Assembly (NCBI GenBank): GCA_964016885.1 | Contig: OZ024752.1 | Location: 30,814,001 to 30,878,000 of the forward strand | Origin: Eledone cirrhosa | Taxonomy: Eukaryota | Direction of reading: 5' to 3' | DNA length: 64,000 nucleotides | Shown: positions 20,260 through 33,442 of the stretch, piece by piece | Layout: every line of letters starts with the position of its first letter | How positions within the stretch are numbered: the stretch's first letter is position 1 | Position numbers and translations under genes: made by a program | Notes under the pieces: generated by a model | What the model was told of the DNA's origin: nothing | The model's database searches: none | The model's input: the letters and a program-made list of their open reading frames with translations, nothing else

Positions 20260-23200
20260 ACTGTTGTGATGGCTGTGGTGATGGTGGTAGTGGTGATGGT
20301 GATAGTAGTAAGTGTTGGTGTGGTGGTGGTGGTGGTGAGGGGTGATGGCCATGATAGCAGTGGGTGTTGGTGTGGTGGTGGTGGGGGGATGGCAGTGATA
20401 TCAGTGTGTGTGTGTGGGGGGGGGGGTGATAGCAGTGAGTGTTGGGGTGATGGTGGTGATAGCAGTGAGATTTATGGTGTGGTGGTGGTGGTGGTGGTGG
20501 TGGTGATGGTGTGGCGGTGGTGGTGGTGGTGGTGATGGTGATGGCAGTGGTAGCAGTGAGTGTTGGTGTGGTGGTGGTGGTGGAGTAAATGTTGATGGTG
20601 ATAGTGGTGGTGATAGCGGTGGTAGCAGTGAGTGTTGGTGGTGGTGATGGTGATGGCAGTGGTAGCAGTGAGTGGTGGTGATGGTGTGGCGGTGGTGGTG
20701 GTGGTGATGGTGTGGTGGTGGTGATGGTGTGGGCAGTGGTAGCAGTGAGTGTTGGTGATGGTGTGGCGGTGGTGGTGGTGGTGATGGTGTGGTGGTGGTG
20801 ATGGTGATGGCAGTGGTAGCAGTGAGTGTTGGTGATGGTGTGGCGGTGGTGGTGGTGGTGATGGTGTGGTGGTGGTGATGGTGATGGCAGTGGTAGCAGT
20901 GAGTGTTGGTGGTGGTGATGGTGTGGTGGTGGTGATGGTGATGGCAGTGGTAGCAGTGAGTGTTGGTGGTGGTGATGGTGTGGTGGTGGTGATGGTGATG
21001 GCAGTGAGTGGTGGTGATGGTGTGGCGGTGATGGTGTGGCGGCGGTGGTGGTGGTGATGGTGTGGCGGTGGTGGTGATGGTGGTGATGGTGATGGCAGTG
21101 GTAGCAGTGAGTGGTGGTGGTGGTGATGGTGATGGCAGTGGTCGCAGTGAGTGGTGGTGATGGTGTGGCGGTGGTGTGGCGGTGGTGGTGGTGGTGATAG
21201 CAGTGGTAGCAGTGAGTGATGGTGGTGGCAGTGGTAGCAGTGAGTGTTGGTGGTGATGGTGGTGGTGATGGCAGTGGTGGTGATGGTGGTGATGATGGTG
21301 ATGGTGATGGTGATGGCAGTGGTAGCAGTGAGTGGTGGTGGTGGTGGTGGTGATGATGGTGGTGGTGGTGGTGATAGCAGTGGTAGCAGTGAGTGGTGGT
21401 GATGGTGGTGGTGATGGTGTGGCAGTGGTAGCAGTGAGTGGTGGTGGTGGTGGTGGTGGTGATGGCAGTGGTAGCAGTGAGTGGTGGTGGTGGTGATGAT
21501 GGTGGTGGTGGTGGTGGTGGTGATGGCAGTGGTAGCAGTGAATGGTGGTGGTGGTGATGATGGTGGTGGTGGTGGTGGTGGTGGTGGTGGTGATGGCAGT
21601 GGTAGCAGTGAGTGGTGGTGGTGGTGGTGATGATGGTGGTGGTGGTGGTGATGGCAGTGGTAGCAGTGAGTGGTGGTGGTGGTGGTGGTGGTGGTGGTGG
21701 TGGTGGTGGCAGTGGTAGCAGTGAGTGGTGGTGGTGGTGGTGATGATGGTGGTGGTGGTGGTGGTGGTGGTGGTGGTGATGGCAGTGGTAGCAGTGAGTG
21801 GTGGTGATGATGGTGGTGGTGGTGATGGCAGTGGTAGCAGTGAGTGGTGGTGGTGGTGGTGGTGGTGGTGGTGGTGATGGCAGTGGTAGCAGTGAGTGGT
21901 GGTGGTGGTGGTGATGGTGGTGGTGGTGGTGGTGGTGGTGGTGGTGATGATGGTGGTGGTGGTGATGGCAGTGGTAGCAGTGAGTGGTGGTGGTGGTGGT
22001 GATGATGGTGGTGGTGGTGGTGGTGGTGGTGGTGGTGGTGGCAGTGGTAGCAGTGAGTGGTGGTGGTGGTGGTGGTGGTGGTGGTGGTGATGGCAGTGGT
22101 AGCAGTGAGTGGTGGTGGTGGTGGTGATGATGGTGGTGGTGGTGGTGGTGATGGCAGTGGTAGCAGTGAGTGGTGGTGGTGGTGGTGATGGTGGTGGTGG
22201 TGGTGGTGATGATGGTGGTGGTGGTGGCAGTGGTAGCAGTGAGTGGTGGTGGTGGTGATGGCAGTGGTAGCAGTGAGTGGTGGTGGTGGTGGTGGTGGTG
22301 GTGGTGGTGGTGGTGGTGATGGCAGTGGTAGCAGTGAGTGGTGGTGGTGGTGGTGATGATGGTGGTGGTGGTGGTGATGGCAGTGGTAGCAGTGAGTGGT
22401 GGTGGTGGTGGTGATGATGGTGGTGGTGGTGGTGGTGGTGATGGCAGTGGTAGCAGTGAGTGGTGGTGGTGGTGGTGGTGGTGGTGGTGGTGATGGCAGT
22501 GGTAGCAGTGAGTGGTGGTGGTGGTGGTGGTGGTGGTGGTGGTGGTGATGGTGTGGCAGTGGTAGCAGTGAGTGGTGGTGGTGGTGGTGATGATGGTGGT
22601 GGTGGTGGTGATGGCAGTGGTAGCAGTGAGTGGTGGTGGTGGTGGTGATGATGGTGGTGGTGGTGGTGGTGGTGGTGGTGGTGATGGCAGTGGTAGCAGT
22701 GAGTGGTGGTGGTGGTGGTGGTGATGGTGTGGCAGTGGTAGCAGTGAGTGGTGGTGGTGGTGGTGGTGATGATGGTGGTGGTGGTGATGATGGCAGTGGT
22801 AGCAGTGAGTGGTGGTGGTGGTGGTGGTGATGATGGTGGTGGTGGTGGTGATGGCAGTGGTAGCAGTGAGTGGTGGTGGTGGTGGTGGTGGTGGTGGTGG
22901 TGGTGATGGCAGTGGTGGTGGTGGTGGTGGTGGTGGTGGTGATGGTGTGGCAGTGGTAGCAGTGAGTGGTGGTGGTGGTGGTGATGATGGTGGTGGTGGT
23001 GGTGATGGCAGTGGTAGCAGTGAGTGGTGGTGGTGGTGGTGATGATGGTGGTGGTGGTGGTGGTGGTGGTGGTGATGGCAGTGGTAGCAGTGAGTGGTGG
23101 TGGTGGTGGTGGTGGTGGTGGTGGTGGTGATGGTGTGGCAGTGGTAGCAGTGAGTGGTGGTGGTGGTGGTGATGATGGTGGTGGTGGTGGTGGTGGTGGT

Positions 23201-24814
23201 GATGGCAGTGGTAGCAGTGAGTGGTGGTGGTGGTGGTGATGATGGTGGTGGTGGTGGTGGTGGTGGTGGTGATGGCAGTGGTAGCAGTGAGTGGTGGTGG
23301 TGGTGGTGGTGGTGGTGGTGGTGGTGGTGGTGGTGATGGTGTGGCAGTGGTAGCAGTGAGTGGTGGTGGTGGTGGTGATGATGGTGGTGGTGGTGGTGAT
23401 GATGGCAGTGGTAGCAGTGAGTGGTGGTGGTGGTGGTGGTGATGATGGTGGTGGTGGTGGTGATGGCAGTGGTAGCAGTGAGTGGTGGTGGTGGTGGTGG
23501 TGGTGGTGGTGGTGGTGGTGATGGCAGTGGTAGCAGTGAGTGGTGGTGGTGGTGGTGGTGGTGGTGGTGGTGGTGATGGTGTGGCAGTGGTAGCAGTGAG
23601 TGGTGGTGGTGGTGGTGATGATGGTGGTGGTGGTGGTGGTGGTGGTGATGGCAGTGGTAGCAGTGAGTGGTGGTGGTGGTGGTGATGATGGTGGTGGTGG
23701 TGGTGGTGGTGGTGGTGATGGCAGTGGTAGCAGTGAGTGGTGGTGGTGGTGGTGGTGGTGGTGGTGGTGGTGGTGATGGTGTGGCAGTGGTAGCAGTGAG
23801 TGGTGGTGGTGGTGGTGGTGGTGGTGGTGATGGCAGTGGTAGCAGTGAGTGGTGGTGGTGGTGGTGATGATGGTGGTGGTGGTGGTGGTGGTGGTGGTGA
23901 TGGCAGTGGTAACAGTGAGTGGTGGTGGTGGTGGTGGTGGTGATGGCAGTGGTAGCAGTGAGTGGTGGTGGTGGTGGTGGTGGTGGTGGTGGTGGTGGTG
24001 GTGGTGATGGCAGTGGTAGCAGTGAGTGGTGGTGATGGTGGTGGTGGTGGTGGTGGTGATGGCAGTGGTAGCAGTGAGTGGTGGTGGTGGTGGTGATGAT
24101 GGTGGTGGTGGTGGTGGTGGTGGTGATGGTGGTGGTGGTGGTGATGGCAGTGGTAGCAGTGAGTGGTGGTGGTGGTGGTGATGATGGTGGTGGTGGTGGT
24201 GATGGCAGTGGTAGCAGTGAGTGGTGGTGGTGGTGGTGGTGGTGGTGATGATGGTGGTGGTGGTGGTGATGGCAGTGGTAGCAGTGAGTGGTGGTGGTGG
24301 TGGTGATGGTGGTGGTGGTGGTGGTGATGGCAGTGGTAGCAGTGAGTGGTGGTGGTGGTGGTGATGATGGTGGTGGTGGTGGTGATGGCAGTGGTAGCAG
24401 TGAGTGGTGGTGGTGGTGGTGATGATGGTGGTGGTGGTGGTGATGGCAGTGGTAGCAGTGAGTGGTGGTGGTGGTGGTGGTGGTGGTGATGATGGTGGTG
24501 GTGGTGGTGATGGCAGTGGTAGCAGTGAGTGGTGGTGATGATGGTGGTGGTGGTGGTGATGGCAGTGGTAGCAGTGAGTGTTGGTGGGTGGTGATGGTGG
24601 TGGGGATGTTAGTAGTGGTGGTGATGGAGGAGGTAGTGGTGAGTGAATGTTGAGTGTTGGCATTCCTTGTGGTAATGGTTGTTGTTGTTGTTGTTGGGAT
24701 GGTGTTGATAATGGTAGGAATGTCAGTGGAGGGGTGGTGGTGGTGGTGGTGGTGGTGGTGGTGGTGGTGGTGGTGGTAAAACATCAGGGATGGTAATGTT
24801 GGTGGTATTGGTGA

Positions 24815-24845
<31 letters not shown>

Positions 24846-24860
24846 TGTAGTGTTTATAGT
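20260..24860. repeat. Compound (GGT)n array punctuated by GATGGCAGTGGTAGCAGTGAGT
   Basis: Directly visible; variable-length GGT runs between a constant ~22-bp motif. Confidence 0.97.
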
Positions 24861-24889
24861 GAGAATAATTGTTTGTGGTGATGGTGCAT

Positions 24890-25295
24890 ATGTGAGTTTG
24901 TGTGTGTGTTTGTGTGTGTGTGTGAGTTTGTGTGTTTGTGTGTGTGTGTTTGTGTGTTTGTGTGTGTGTTTGTGTGTGAATTTGTGTGTGAATTTGTGTT
25001 TGTGTGTATTTGTGTGTGAGTTTGTGTTTGTGTGTGTGTGAGTTTGTGTGTGTGTGTTTGTGTGTGAGTTTGTGTGTTTGTGTTTGTGTGTGTGTTTGTT
25101 TGTGTGTGTGTGTGCGTGTGAGCTTGTTTGTATGTGTGTGTGTGTGTGTGTTTTGTGTGCGTGTGTTTGTTTGTGTGTGTGTGTGTGTTTGTTTGTGTGT
25201 GTGTGTGTGTTTGAGCTTGTGTGTGTGTGTTTTGTGTGCGTGTGTTTGTATTGTGTGCGTGTGTTTGTTTGTGTGTGTGTGTATGTGTGTGTGTG
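24890..25295. repeat. Degenerate (GT)n microsatellite
   Basis: Directly visible. Confidence 0.97.
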
Positions 25296-25554
25296 CTGGT
25301 TGTAGCGATGTTGTTTACTTCCTTGATCAAAAGATATTCCAGTTGTGACCATCCTGTCTTTGTCCCTTTCTATAGAAAACCCAGCCTCACATTATCCCAA
25401 TGTGTCCTATGAGGGAGATTTTCCAGCTATGTCTAGCAGGTTCAGTGACCATATAGAGGCTCCCTGATGTTGGTAGTACCAGAGGTGTGGTGATGCTGAT
25501 GGTTGTGATGTTTATAGATGGGGATAATTAGGGAAGTAGCATGAGGGATGGTGT

Positions 25555-28500
25555 GGTAGTAGTGGTGGTAGTACTGGTAGTGTTAGTAGTATTGGAGGTA
25601 GTACTGGTAGTGTTATTAGTAGTGGTGGTAGTACTGGTAGTGTTAGTAGTATTGGTGGTAGTACTGGTAGTGTTAGTAGTATTGGAGGTAGTACTGGTAG
25701 TGTTAGAAGTATTGGAGGTAGTACTGGTAGTGTTAGTAGTATTGGAGGTAGTACTGGTAGTGTTAGTAGTATTGGAGGTAGTACTGGTAGTGTTAGTAGT
25801 ATTGGAGGTAGTACTGGTAGTGTTATTAGTAGTGGTGGTAGTACTGGTAGTGTTAGTAGTATTGGAGGTAGTACTGGTAGTGTTAGTAGTATTGGAGGTA
25901 GTACTGGTAGTGTTAGTAGTATTGGAGGTAGTACTGGTAGTGTTAGTAGTATTGGAGGTAGTACTGGTAGTGTTAGTAGTATTGGAGGTAGTACTGGTAG
26001 TGTTATTAGTATTGGTAGTGTTAGTAGTATTGGAGGTAGTACTGGTAGTGTTAGTAGTATTGGAGGTAGTACTGGTAGTGTTATTAGTAGTGGTGGTAGT
26101 ACTGGTAGTGTTAGTAGTATTGGAGGTAGTATTGGAGGTAGTACTGGTAGTGTTATTAGTATTGGTAGTGTTAGTAGTATTGGAGGTAGTACTGGTAGTG
26201 TTAGTAGTATTGGAGGTAGTACTGGTAGTGTTAGTAGTATTGGAGGTAGTACTGGTAGTGTTAGTAGTATTGGAGGTAGTACTGGTAGTGTTAGTAGTAT
26301 TGGAGGTAGTACTGGTAGTGTTAGTAGTAGTGATGGTAGTGTTAGTAGTATTGGAGGTAGTACTGGTAGTGTTAGTAGTAGTGGTGGTAGTACTGGTAGT
26401 GTTATTAGTATTGGAGGTAGTACTGGTAGTGTTAGTAGTATTGGAGGTAGTACTGGTAGTGTTAGAAGTATTGGAGGTAGTACTGGTAGTGTTAGAAGTA
26501 TTGGAGGTAGTACTGGTAGTGTTAGTAGTAGTGGAGGTAGTACTGGTAGTGTTAGAAGTATTGGAGGTAGTACTGGTAGTGTTATTAGTAGTGGTGGTAG
26601 TACTGGTAGTGTTAGTAGTATTGGTGGTAGTACTGGTAGTGTTAGTAGTATTGGAGGTAGTACTGGTAGTGTTAGTAGTATTGGAGGTAGTACTGGTAGT
26701 GTTAGTAGTATTGGAGGTAGTACTGGTAGTGTTAGAAGTATTGGAGGTAGTACTGGTAGTGTTAGTAGTAGTGGAGGTAGTACTGGTAGTGTTAGTAGTA
26801 TTGGAGGTAGTACTGGTAGTGTTAGTAGTATTGGAGGTAGTACTGGTAGTGTTAGAAGTGTTGGAGGTAGTACTGGTAGTGTTAGTAGTATTGGAGGTAG
26901 TACTGGTAGTGTTATTAGTATTGGAGGTAGTACTGGTAGTGTTAGTAGTATTGGAGGTAGTACTGGTAGTGTTAGAAGTGTTGGAGGTAGTACTGGTAGT
27001 GTTAGTAGTAGTGGAGGTAGTACTGGTAGTGTTAGAAGTGTTGGAGGTAGTACTGGTAGTGTTAGTAGTATTGGAGGTAGTACTGGTAGTGTTAGAAGTG
27101 TTGGAGGTAGTACTGGTAGTGTTAGTAGTAGTGGTGGTAGTACTGGTAGTGTTAGTAGTATTGGAGGTAGTACTGGTAGTGTTAGTAGTATTGGAGATAG
27201 TACTGGTAGTGTTAGTAGTATTGGAGGTAGTACTGGTAGTGTTAGTAGTATTGGAGGTAGTACTGGTAGTGTTAGTAGTATTGGAGGTAGTACTGGTAGT
27301 GTTAGTAGTATTGGAGGTAGTACTGGTAGTGTTAGTAGTATTGGAGGTAGTACTGGTAGTGTTAGTAGTATTGGAGGTAGTACTGGTAGTGTTAGAAGTG
27401 TTGGAGGTAGTACTGGTAGTGTTAGTAGTAGTGGTGGTAGTACTGGTAGTGTTAGTAGTATTGGAGGTAGTACTGGTAGTGTTAGTAGTATTGGAGGTAG
27501 TACTGGTAGTGTTAGTAGTATTGGAGGTAGTACTGGTAGTGTTAGTAGTATTGGAGGTAGTACTGGTAGTGTTAGTAGTATTGGAGGTAGTACTGGTAGT
27601 GTTAGTAGTATTGGAGGTAGTACTGGTAGTGTTAGTAGTATTGGAGGTAGTACTGGTAGTGTTAGTAGTATTGGAGGTAGTACTGGTAGTGTTATTAGTA
27701 TTGGAGGTAGTGCTGGTAGTGTTAGTAGTAGTGGAGGTAGTATTGGTAGTGTTAGTAGTATTGGAGGTAGTACTGGTAGTGTTAGTAGTATTGGAGGTAG
27801 TACTGGTAGTGTTAGTAGTAGTGGTGGTAGTACTGGTAGTGTTAGTAGTATTGGAGGTAGTACTGGTAGTGTTAGTAGTATTGGAGGTAGTACTGGTAGT
27901 GTTATTAGTATTGGAGGTAGTACTGGTAGTGTTAGTAGTATTGGAGGTAGTACTGGTAGTGTTAGTAGTATTGGAGGTAGTACTGGTAGTGTTAGAAGTG
28001 TTGGAGGTAGTACTGGTAGTGTTAGTAGTAGTGGAGGTAGTACTGGTAGTGTTAGTAGTATTGGAGGTAGTACTGGTAGTGTTAGTAGTATTGGAGGTAG
28101 TACTGGTAGTGTTAGAAGTGTTGGAGGTAGTACTGGTAGTGTTAGAAGTGTTGGAGGTAGTACTGGTAGTGTTAGAAGTGTTGGAGGTAGTACTGGTAGT
28201 GTTAGTAGTATTGGAGGTAGTACTGGTAGTGTTAGTAGTATTGGAGGTAGTACTGGTAGTGTTAGTAGTATTGGATGTAGTACTGGTAGTGTTAGTAGTA
28301 GTGGTGGTAGTACTGGTAGTGTTAGTAGTAGTGGTGGTAGTACTGGTAGTGTTAGTAGTATTGGAGGTAGTACTGGTAGTGTTAGTAGTATTGGAGGTAG
28401 TACTGGTAGTGTTAGTAGTATTGGAGGTAGTACTGGTAGTGTTAGTAGTATTGGAGGTAGTACTGGTAGTGTTAGTAGTATTGGAGGTAGTACTGGTAGT

Positions 28501-29660
28501 GTTAGTAGTATTGGAGGTAGTACTGGTAGTGTTAGTAGTATTGGAGGTAGTACTGGTAGTGTTAGTAGTATTGGAGGTAGTACTGGTAGTGTTAGTAGTA
28601 TTGGAGGTAGTACTGGTAGTGTTAGTAGTATTGGAGGTAGTACTGGTAGTGTTAGTAGTATTGGTCGTGTTAGAAGTATTGGAGGTAGTACTGGTAGTGT
28701 TAGAAGTATTGGAGGTAGTACTGGTAGTGTTAGTAGTATTGGAGGTAGTACTGGTAGTGTTAGTAGTATTGGAGGTAGTACTGGTAGTGTTAGTAGTATT
28801 GGATGTAGTACTGGTAGTGTTAGTAGTAGTGGTGGTAGTACTGGTAGTGTTAGTAGTAGTGGTGGTAGTACTGGTAGTGTTAGTAGTATTGGAGGTAGTA
28901 CTGGTAGTGTTAGTAGTATTGGAGGTAGTACTGGTAGTGTTAGTAGTATTGGAGGTAGTACTGGTAGTGTTAGTAGTATTGGAGGTAGTACTGGTAGTGT
29001 TAGTAGTATTGGAGGTAGTACTGGTAGTGTTAGTAGTATTGGAGGTAGTACTGGTAGTGTTAGTAGTATTGGAGGTAGTACTGGTAGTGTTAGTAGTATT
29101 GGAGGTAGTACTGGTAGTGTTAGTAGTATTGGAGGTAGTACTGGTAGTGTTAGTAGTATTGGAGGTAGTACTGGTAGTGTTAGTAGTATTGGAGGTAGTA
29201 CTGGTAGTGTTAGTAGTATTGGAGGTAGTACTGGTAGTGTTATTAGTATTGGTAGTGTTAGTAGTATTGGAGGTAGTACTGGTAGTGTTATTAGTATTGG
29301 AGGTAGTACTGGTAGTGTTAGTAGTATTGGAGGTAGTACTGGTAGTGTTAGTAGTATTGGAGGTAGTACTGGTAGTGTTAGTAGTATTGGAGGTAGTACT
29401 GGTAGTGTTAGTAGTAGTGGAGGTAGTACTGGTAGTGTTAGTAGTATTGGAGGTAGTACTGGTAGTGTTAGTAGTATTGGAGGTAGTACTGGTAGTGTTA
29501 GTAGTATTGGAGGTAGTACTGGTAGTGTTAGTAGTATTGGAGGTAGTACTGGTAGTGTTAGTAGTATTGGATGTAGTACTGGTAGTGTTAGTAGTATTGG
29601 AGGTAGTACTGGTAGTGTTAGTAGTAGTGGAGGTAGTACTGGTAGTGTTAGTAGTATTGG
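25555..29660. repeat. 30-bp minisatellite GTAGTACTGGTAGTGTTAGTAGTATTGGAG (~135 copies)
   Basis: Near-perfect 30-bp period over 4.1 kb. Confidence 0.98.
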
Positions 29661-30142
29661 TGATTGCATGTGTACTGGTGGTGTGTGGTGTTTGGTAGTA
29701 TTGGTGGTGGTGTTTGGTAGTATTGGTGGTGGTGGTATGTGGTGTTTGGTAGTATTGGTGGTGGTGTGTGGTGGTGTGTGGTGTTTGGTAGTATTGGTGG
29801 TGGTGGTGGTGTTTGGTAGTATCGGTGGTGGTGGTGTGTGGTGTGTGGTGTTTGGTAGTATTGGTGGTGGTGTTTGGTAGTATTGGTGGTGGTGGTGGTT
29901 GGTGATATGGCATTAGAGGTGGCTTATGTAAAGATATATATACATATTGATTTATTTGTTCAAACTGGTTTTTCAAATCAATATATTTCTGTCAAGACTC
30001 ATTTCTACATTATATCAGATTCGCCCCTCCCCCCAATTCTACATTATATCAGCCTCCCTGCCCACCCCCTACAGTCTCTTAAAAGGTAGGATGAAATTTC
30101 ACAAGCAAAGATATAGAAATATGTTGGGTATTATATATATAT

Positions 30143-30446
30143 GAAGGCGCTGGCTTAGTGGTTAGAGCATTGGGCTTACAATTGAGAGGTTGTGAGTTTG
30201 ATCTTTGGACTGGGTGATGCATTATGTCCTTGAGCAAGACACTCTATTTCACGTTGCGACGTCACAGGTGCGAAGTTGTATCAGCCATTGCCTTTCCCTT
30301 GGACAACATCGCTGACATGGAGAGGGGAGACTGGTATGCATGGGTGACTGCTGGTCTTCCTAAAACAATCCTTGCCCAGGCTTGTGCTTCGGAGGGAAAC
30401 TTTCTGGGTGCTAAACCATGATCATTAATGACTGATGGGACGGGCT

Positions 30447-30447
<1 letters not shown>
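30143..30447 (+). mobile_element. tRNA-derived CORE-type SINE with a different 3' half
   Basis: TGGCTTAGTGG A-box and TGTCCTTGAGCAAGACAC. Confidence 0.75.
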
Positions 30448-30483
<36 letters not shown>

Positions 30484-30649
30484 TTGTGTGTGTGTATATG
30501 TATTTAAGCTGACCTTGCTCAATTGCACCTCTCAAAGGTGATGACATAAGACCGAGATCTCTGGCGTTATGCAGTAATACAGAAGACCCAACTTCCCTCG
30601 GGCGCAGGCCAAAGCTGCTGAAGCATATATACAAAAATTTCATAAGATA

Positions 30650-31020
30650 CATACAGTGTATGTAGTGGGGCTTACATAAAAAAAAATGTAGAGGAGATTA
30701 TAGGCAGATGCAAAGGGGAAGAAAACACTAAGAGCAGATGTAAAATAGATTGCCTCAATTGCCCTGGAGGGCTCCTTGGAATTTGATAGTTTTTGTTACT
30801 TAGGTGACCTAATCAGCTATGTGTTTTGGGGGGGATGCTCTAAAAGTGTTGTCATCAGAATAAGGAAGGACTGAAAGAAGTTTAGGGAGCTAGTACTAGA
30901 AGTTTAGGGAGCTTGTACCAGAATTTTAGGGAGCTGGTATCTCAGCTAACAACAAACAGTTTCTCCGTTAGGGTGAACCACAATACTACATGGCAGTATG
31001 ACCTGGGCCTTGAATGCAAA
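30650..31020 (+). pseudogene. Highly degraded RTE RT-region fragment
   Basis: Remnants FCYLGDLIS, GGCSKSVVIRIR, KKFREL, LHGSMTWALNA match the RTE at 46.3-49.6 kb. Confidence 0.65.
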
Positions 31021-31764
31021 TCTTGCTAAGTTTAGCTTTGCTTTTCATCCTTACGTAGTTGATAAAATAAAGTACCAAAATTGCTGGCCTTGTGCCTAAT
31101 GATTCTGTCCCATTAATCTAAGATTAACATCATATCAAATTAGTTTGAAATCTCATTAAGGATCCAAGATTAAAATTTATAAATAGATTCTAATTGTTAC
31201 AAAGTATGATATTTCATGATGATGGTGGTGGTGGTGGTGGTGGTGGTGGTGGTGGTGGTGGTCGGGGTGTTCATGGTAGTGGTGGTAATAATGATGTTGA
31301 AGGTGGTGTGTGTGTGTGTGGGGGGGTGGGGGTGAGAATGATGATGGTGGTGTTGGTGGTGGTTGTGATAGTGGTGGTAATGGTGGTGGTGATTATGATG
31401 ATGATGGGGTGGTGGGAGGTGATGATGATGATGAGGGGGAGGAGGGTTGATGGTGGTGGTTGTAATGATGATGATCACAATGATGATGGTACTGATGATA
31501 CTGATGGTGATTGTGATGATGATGATGATTATGATGATGATGATGATGATTTCATAGAGATGTAGAAAACTAAATATAAGATCTTGCACAATCAATACTT
31601 TGAACTTTTAATTGCTTCATTTGAGTAGTTTAGGAAATTCTTCTATTATTTTATTATTTATTTAATTATTTAATTATTTAATTATTTATTTATTTATTTA
31701 TTTTATTATTTCATTATTTCATTATTTATTTATTTTATTATTTATTTATTTATTTGATTATTTC

Positions 31765-32110
31765 ATCATCATCATCAATATCATTTCATTTTACATCCGC
31801 TTTTCCCTGCTTGCAAGGGTGGGACGGGAACTGATGCTGGCTTGATTTCTACAGCTGGATGCCCTTCCTAACACCAACCTCATTTACAGTGAGTGCTGGG
31901 TGCTTTTTTGCCGTGGCACCTCCACAACCACTTTGCAGTGGAATGATATGGACCCCTGTCCCTATCATCTCATTTCTACAGCTGAGTAAACTGGAGCAAT
32001 GTGAAATAAAGTGTCTTGCTCAAGGAAAGAACACATCACCCGGTCTGAGAATTGAACTCACAATCTTTCGATTGCAAGGCCAATGCTCTAACCATTAAGC
32101 CATGTGCCTA
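31765..32110 (-). mobile_element. Composite SINE (family B): tRNA head, CORE-like body, RTE-derived tail
   Basis: Reverse complement of the 55497-55820 copy. Confidence 0.88.
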
Positions 32111-32131
32111 CATTTATTTATTTATTTATCT

Positions 32132-32868
32132 AACCTGGAGATCACGGTTCCGATGCAGTGGGCATGTGGTTGAGGTGTCTCGGGAAGGAGTCGCTGGACA
32201 GATTTTGTGGGCGAAACCAACAGGTAGGAGGCCCAGGGGTAGACTCTCAGCAAGATGGCTGGATAACATCCATGAGCTTGTTGATCATGCTTGGGGATCC
32301 AGTTGAATCAGTTGGAGACGATTGCTTCTAACAGGACCTGCTGGAAGGGATGTTTAAGGACTCTGTCCCTCAAGGCCCTCTCAAGGACCTGCTGGAAGGA
32401 ATGTTTAAGGACTCTGTCCCTCAAGGCCCTCTCAAGGACCTGCTGGAAGGAATGTTTAAGGACTCTGTCCCTCAAGGCCCTCTCAAGGACCTGCTGGAAG
32501 GGATGTTTAAGGACTCTGTCCCTCAAGGCCCTCTCAAGGACCTGCTGGAAGGGATGTTTAAGGACTCTGTCCCTCAAGGCCCTCTCAAGGACCTGCTGGA
32601 AGGAATGTTTAAGGACTCTGTCCCTCAAGGCCCTCTCAAGGACCTGCTGGAAGGGATGTTTAAGGACTCTGTCCCTCAAGGCCCTCTCAAGGACCTGCTG
32701 GAAGGAATGTTTAAGGACTCTGTCCCTCAAGGCCCTCTCAAGGACCTGCTGGAAGGGATGTTTAAGGACTCTGTCCCTCAAGGCCCTCTCAAGGACCTGC
32801 TGGAAGGAATGTTTAAGGACTCTGTCCCTCAAGGCCCTCTCAGGAATAAGTGGGTGAAGAAGAAGATG
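32132..32868 (+). mobile_element. RTE-clade LINE 3' fragment whose end is amplified into a 51-bp tandem repeat (10 copies, 32333-32845)
   Basis: GHVV...ILWAKPTGRRPRGR...RWLDNI motif, then 10 x AGGACCTGCTGGAAGG(G/A)ATGTTTAAGGACTCTGTCCCTCAAGGCCCTCTCA, then a (GAA)n tail. Confidence 0.85.
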
Positions 32869-32890
32869 ATTTATTTATTTATTATTTACT

Positions 32891-33213
32891 AATGTGGGTG
32901 AATGTGGCGAGAATAACCCATGTGAATGGGTCTGCGCTTGTAGACTGGTTAATTTGAGAGGTAGAGAGGTGCCCTTGAAGCATCAGGTGGTTCTGGATTG
33001 GCAGGGTACCTGAGTCGCTCCAGGGTGATTCGCTTCCCACCCTCTATTAGGGAATTTAAATTTGTTACATTTTTATCTATATTTTTATATATGTTCATTG
33101 TTGATTGTTTTTGTTATTGTGTATTTTCACTCAATTTTATTGTAACCCCCTCCCCATGTCCCTGTCTTTGTATTGTCCTCTATATGTCGGCCCTTGTGGC
33201 CAATAAATGAAAC
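32891..33213 (+). mobile_element. L1/Tx1-like LINE 3' end
   Basis: WVNVARITHVNGSAL resembles the C-terminus of the 33443 element; T-rich UTR ending CCTTGTGGCCAATAAA. Confidence 0.55.
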
Positions 33214-33442
33214 CATTATTTATTTTATTATTATTTATTTATTTTATTATTTATTTATTTATTTTATTTATTTATTTATTTTATTTATTTATTTATTTAT
33301 TTATTTAATTATTTATTGTATATTTTATTATTATATTTCATATAACATAAAGTACCAGTAATGCTCTGGGATAATTGCTGGCCTTATGCCAAAAGTAGAA
33401 ACAATTATTATATTTCATATATTTTATTATTATTTATGGCTT

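Noticed and set aside
20400-24580. CRISPR-like look: constant 22-bp motif with variable spacers
   Set aside because: The spacers are just (GGT)n/(GAT) runs, the context is eukaryotic and there are no cas genes.
20258-24784. 1508-aa and 1420-aa His/Pro/Thr ORFs
   Set aside because: Translations of a (CAC)n-based array that lacks stops on that strand; they drift between poly-H, poly-P and poly-T with no domain content.
25512-29698. 1385-aa Leu/Pro and Val/Leu ORFs
   Set aside because: Alternative frames of the 30-bp minisatellite.
32291-32892. 17-aa repeat proteins in three frames
   Set aside because: Products of the 51-bp tandem repeat within a dead LINE fragment.
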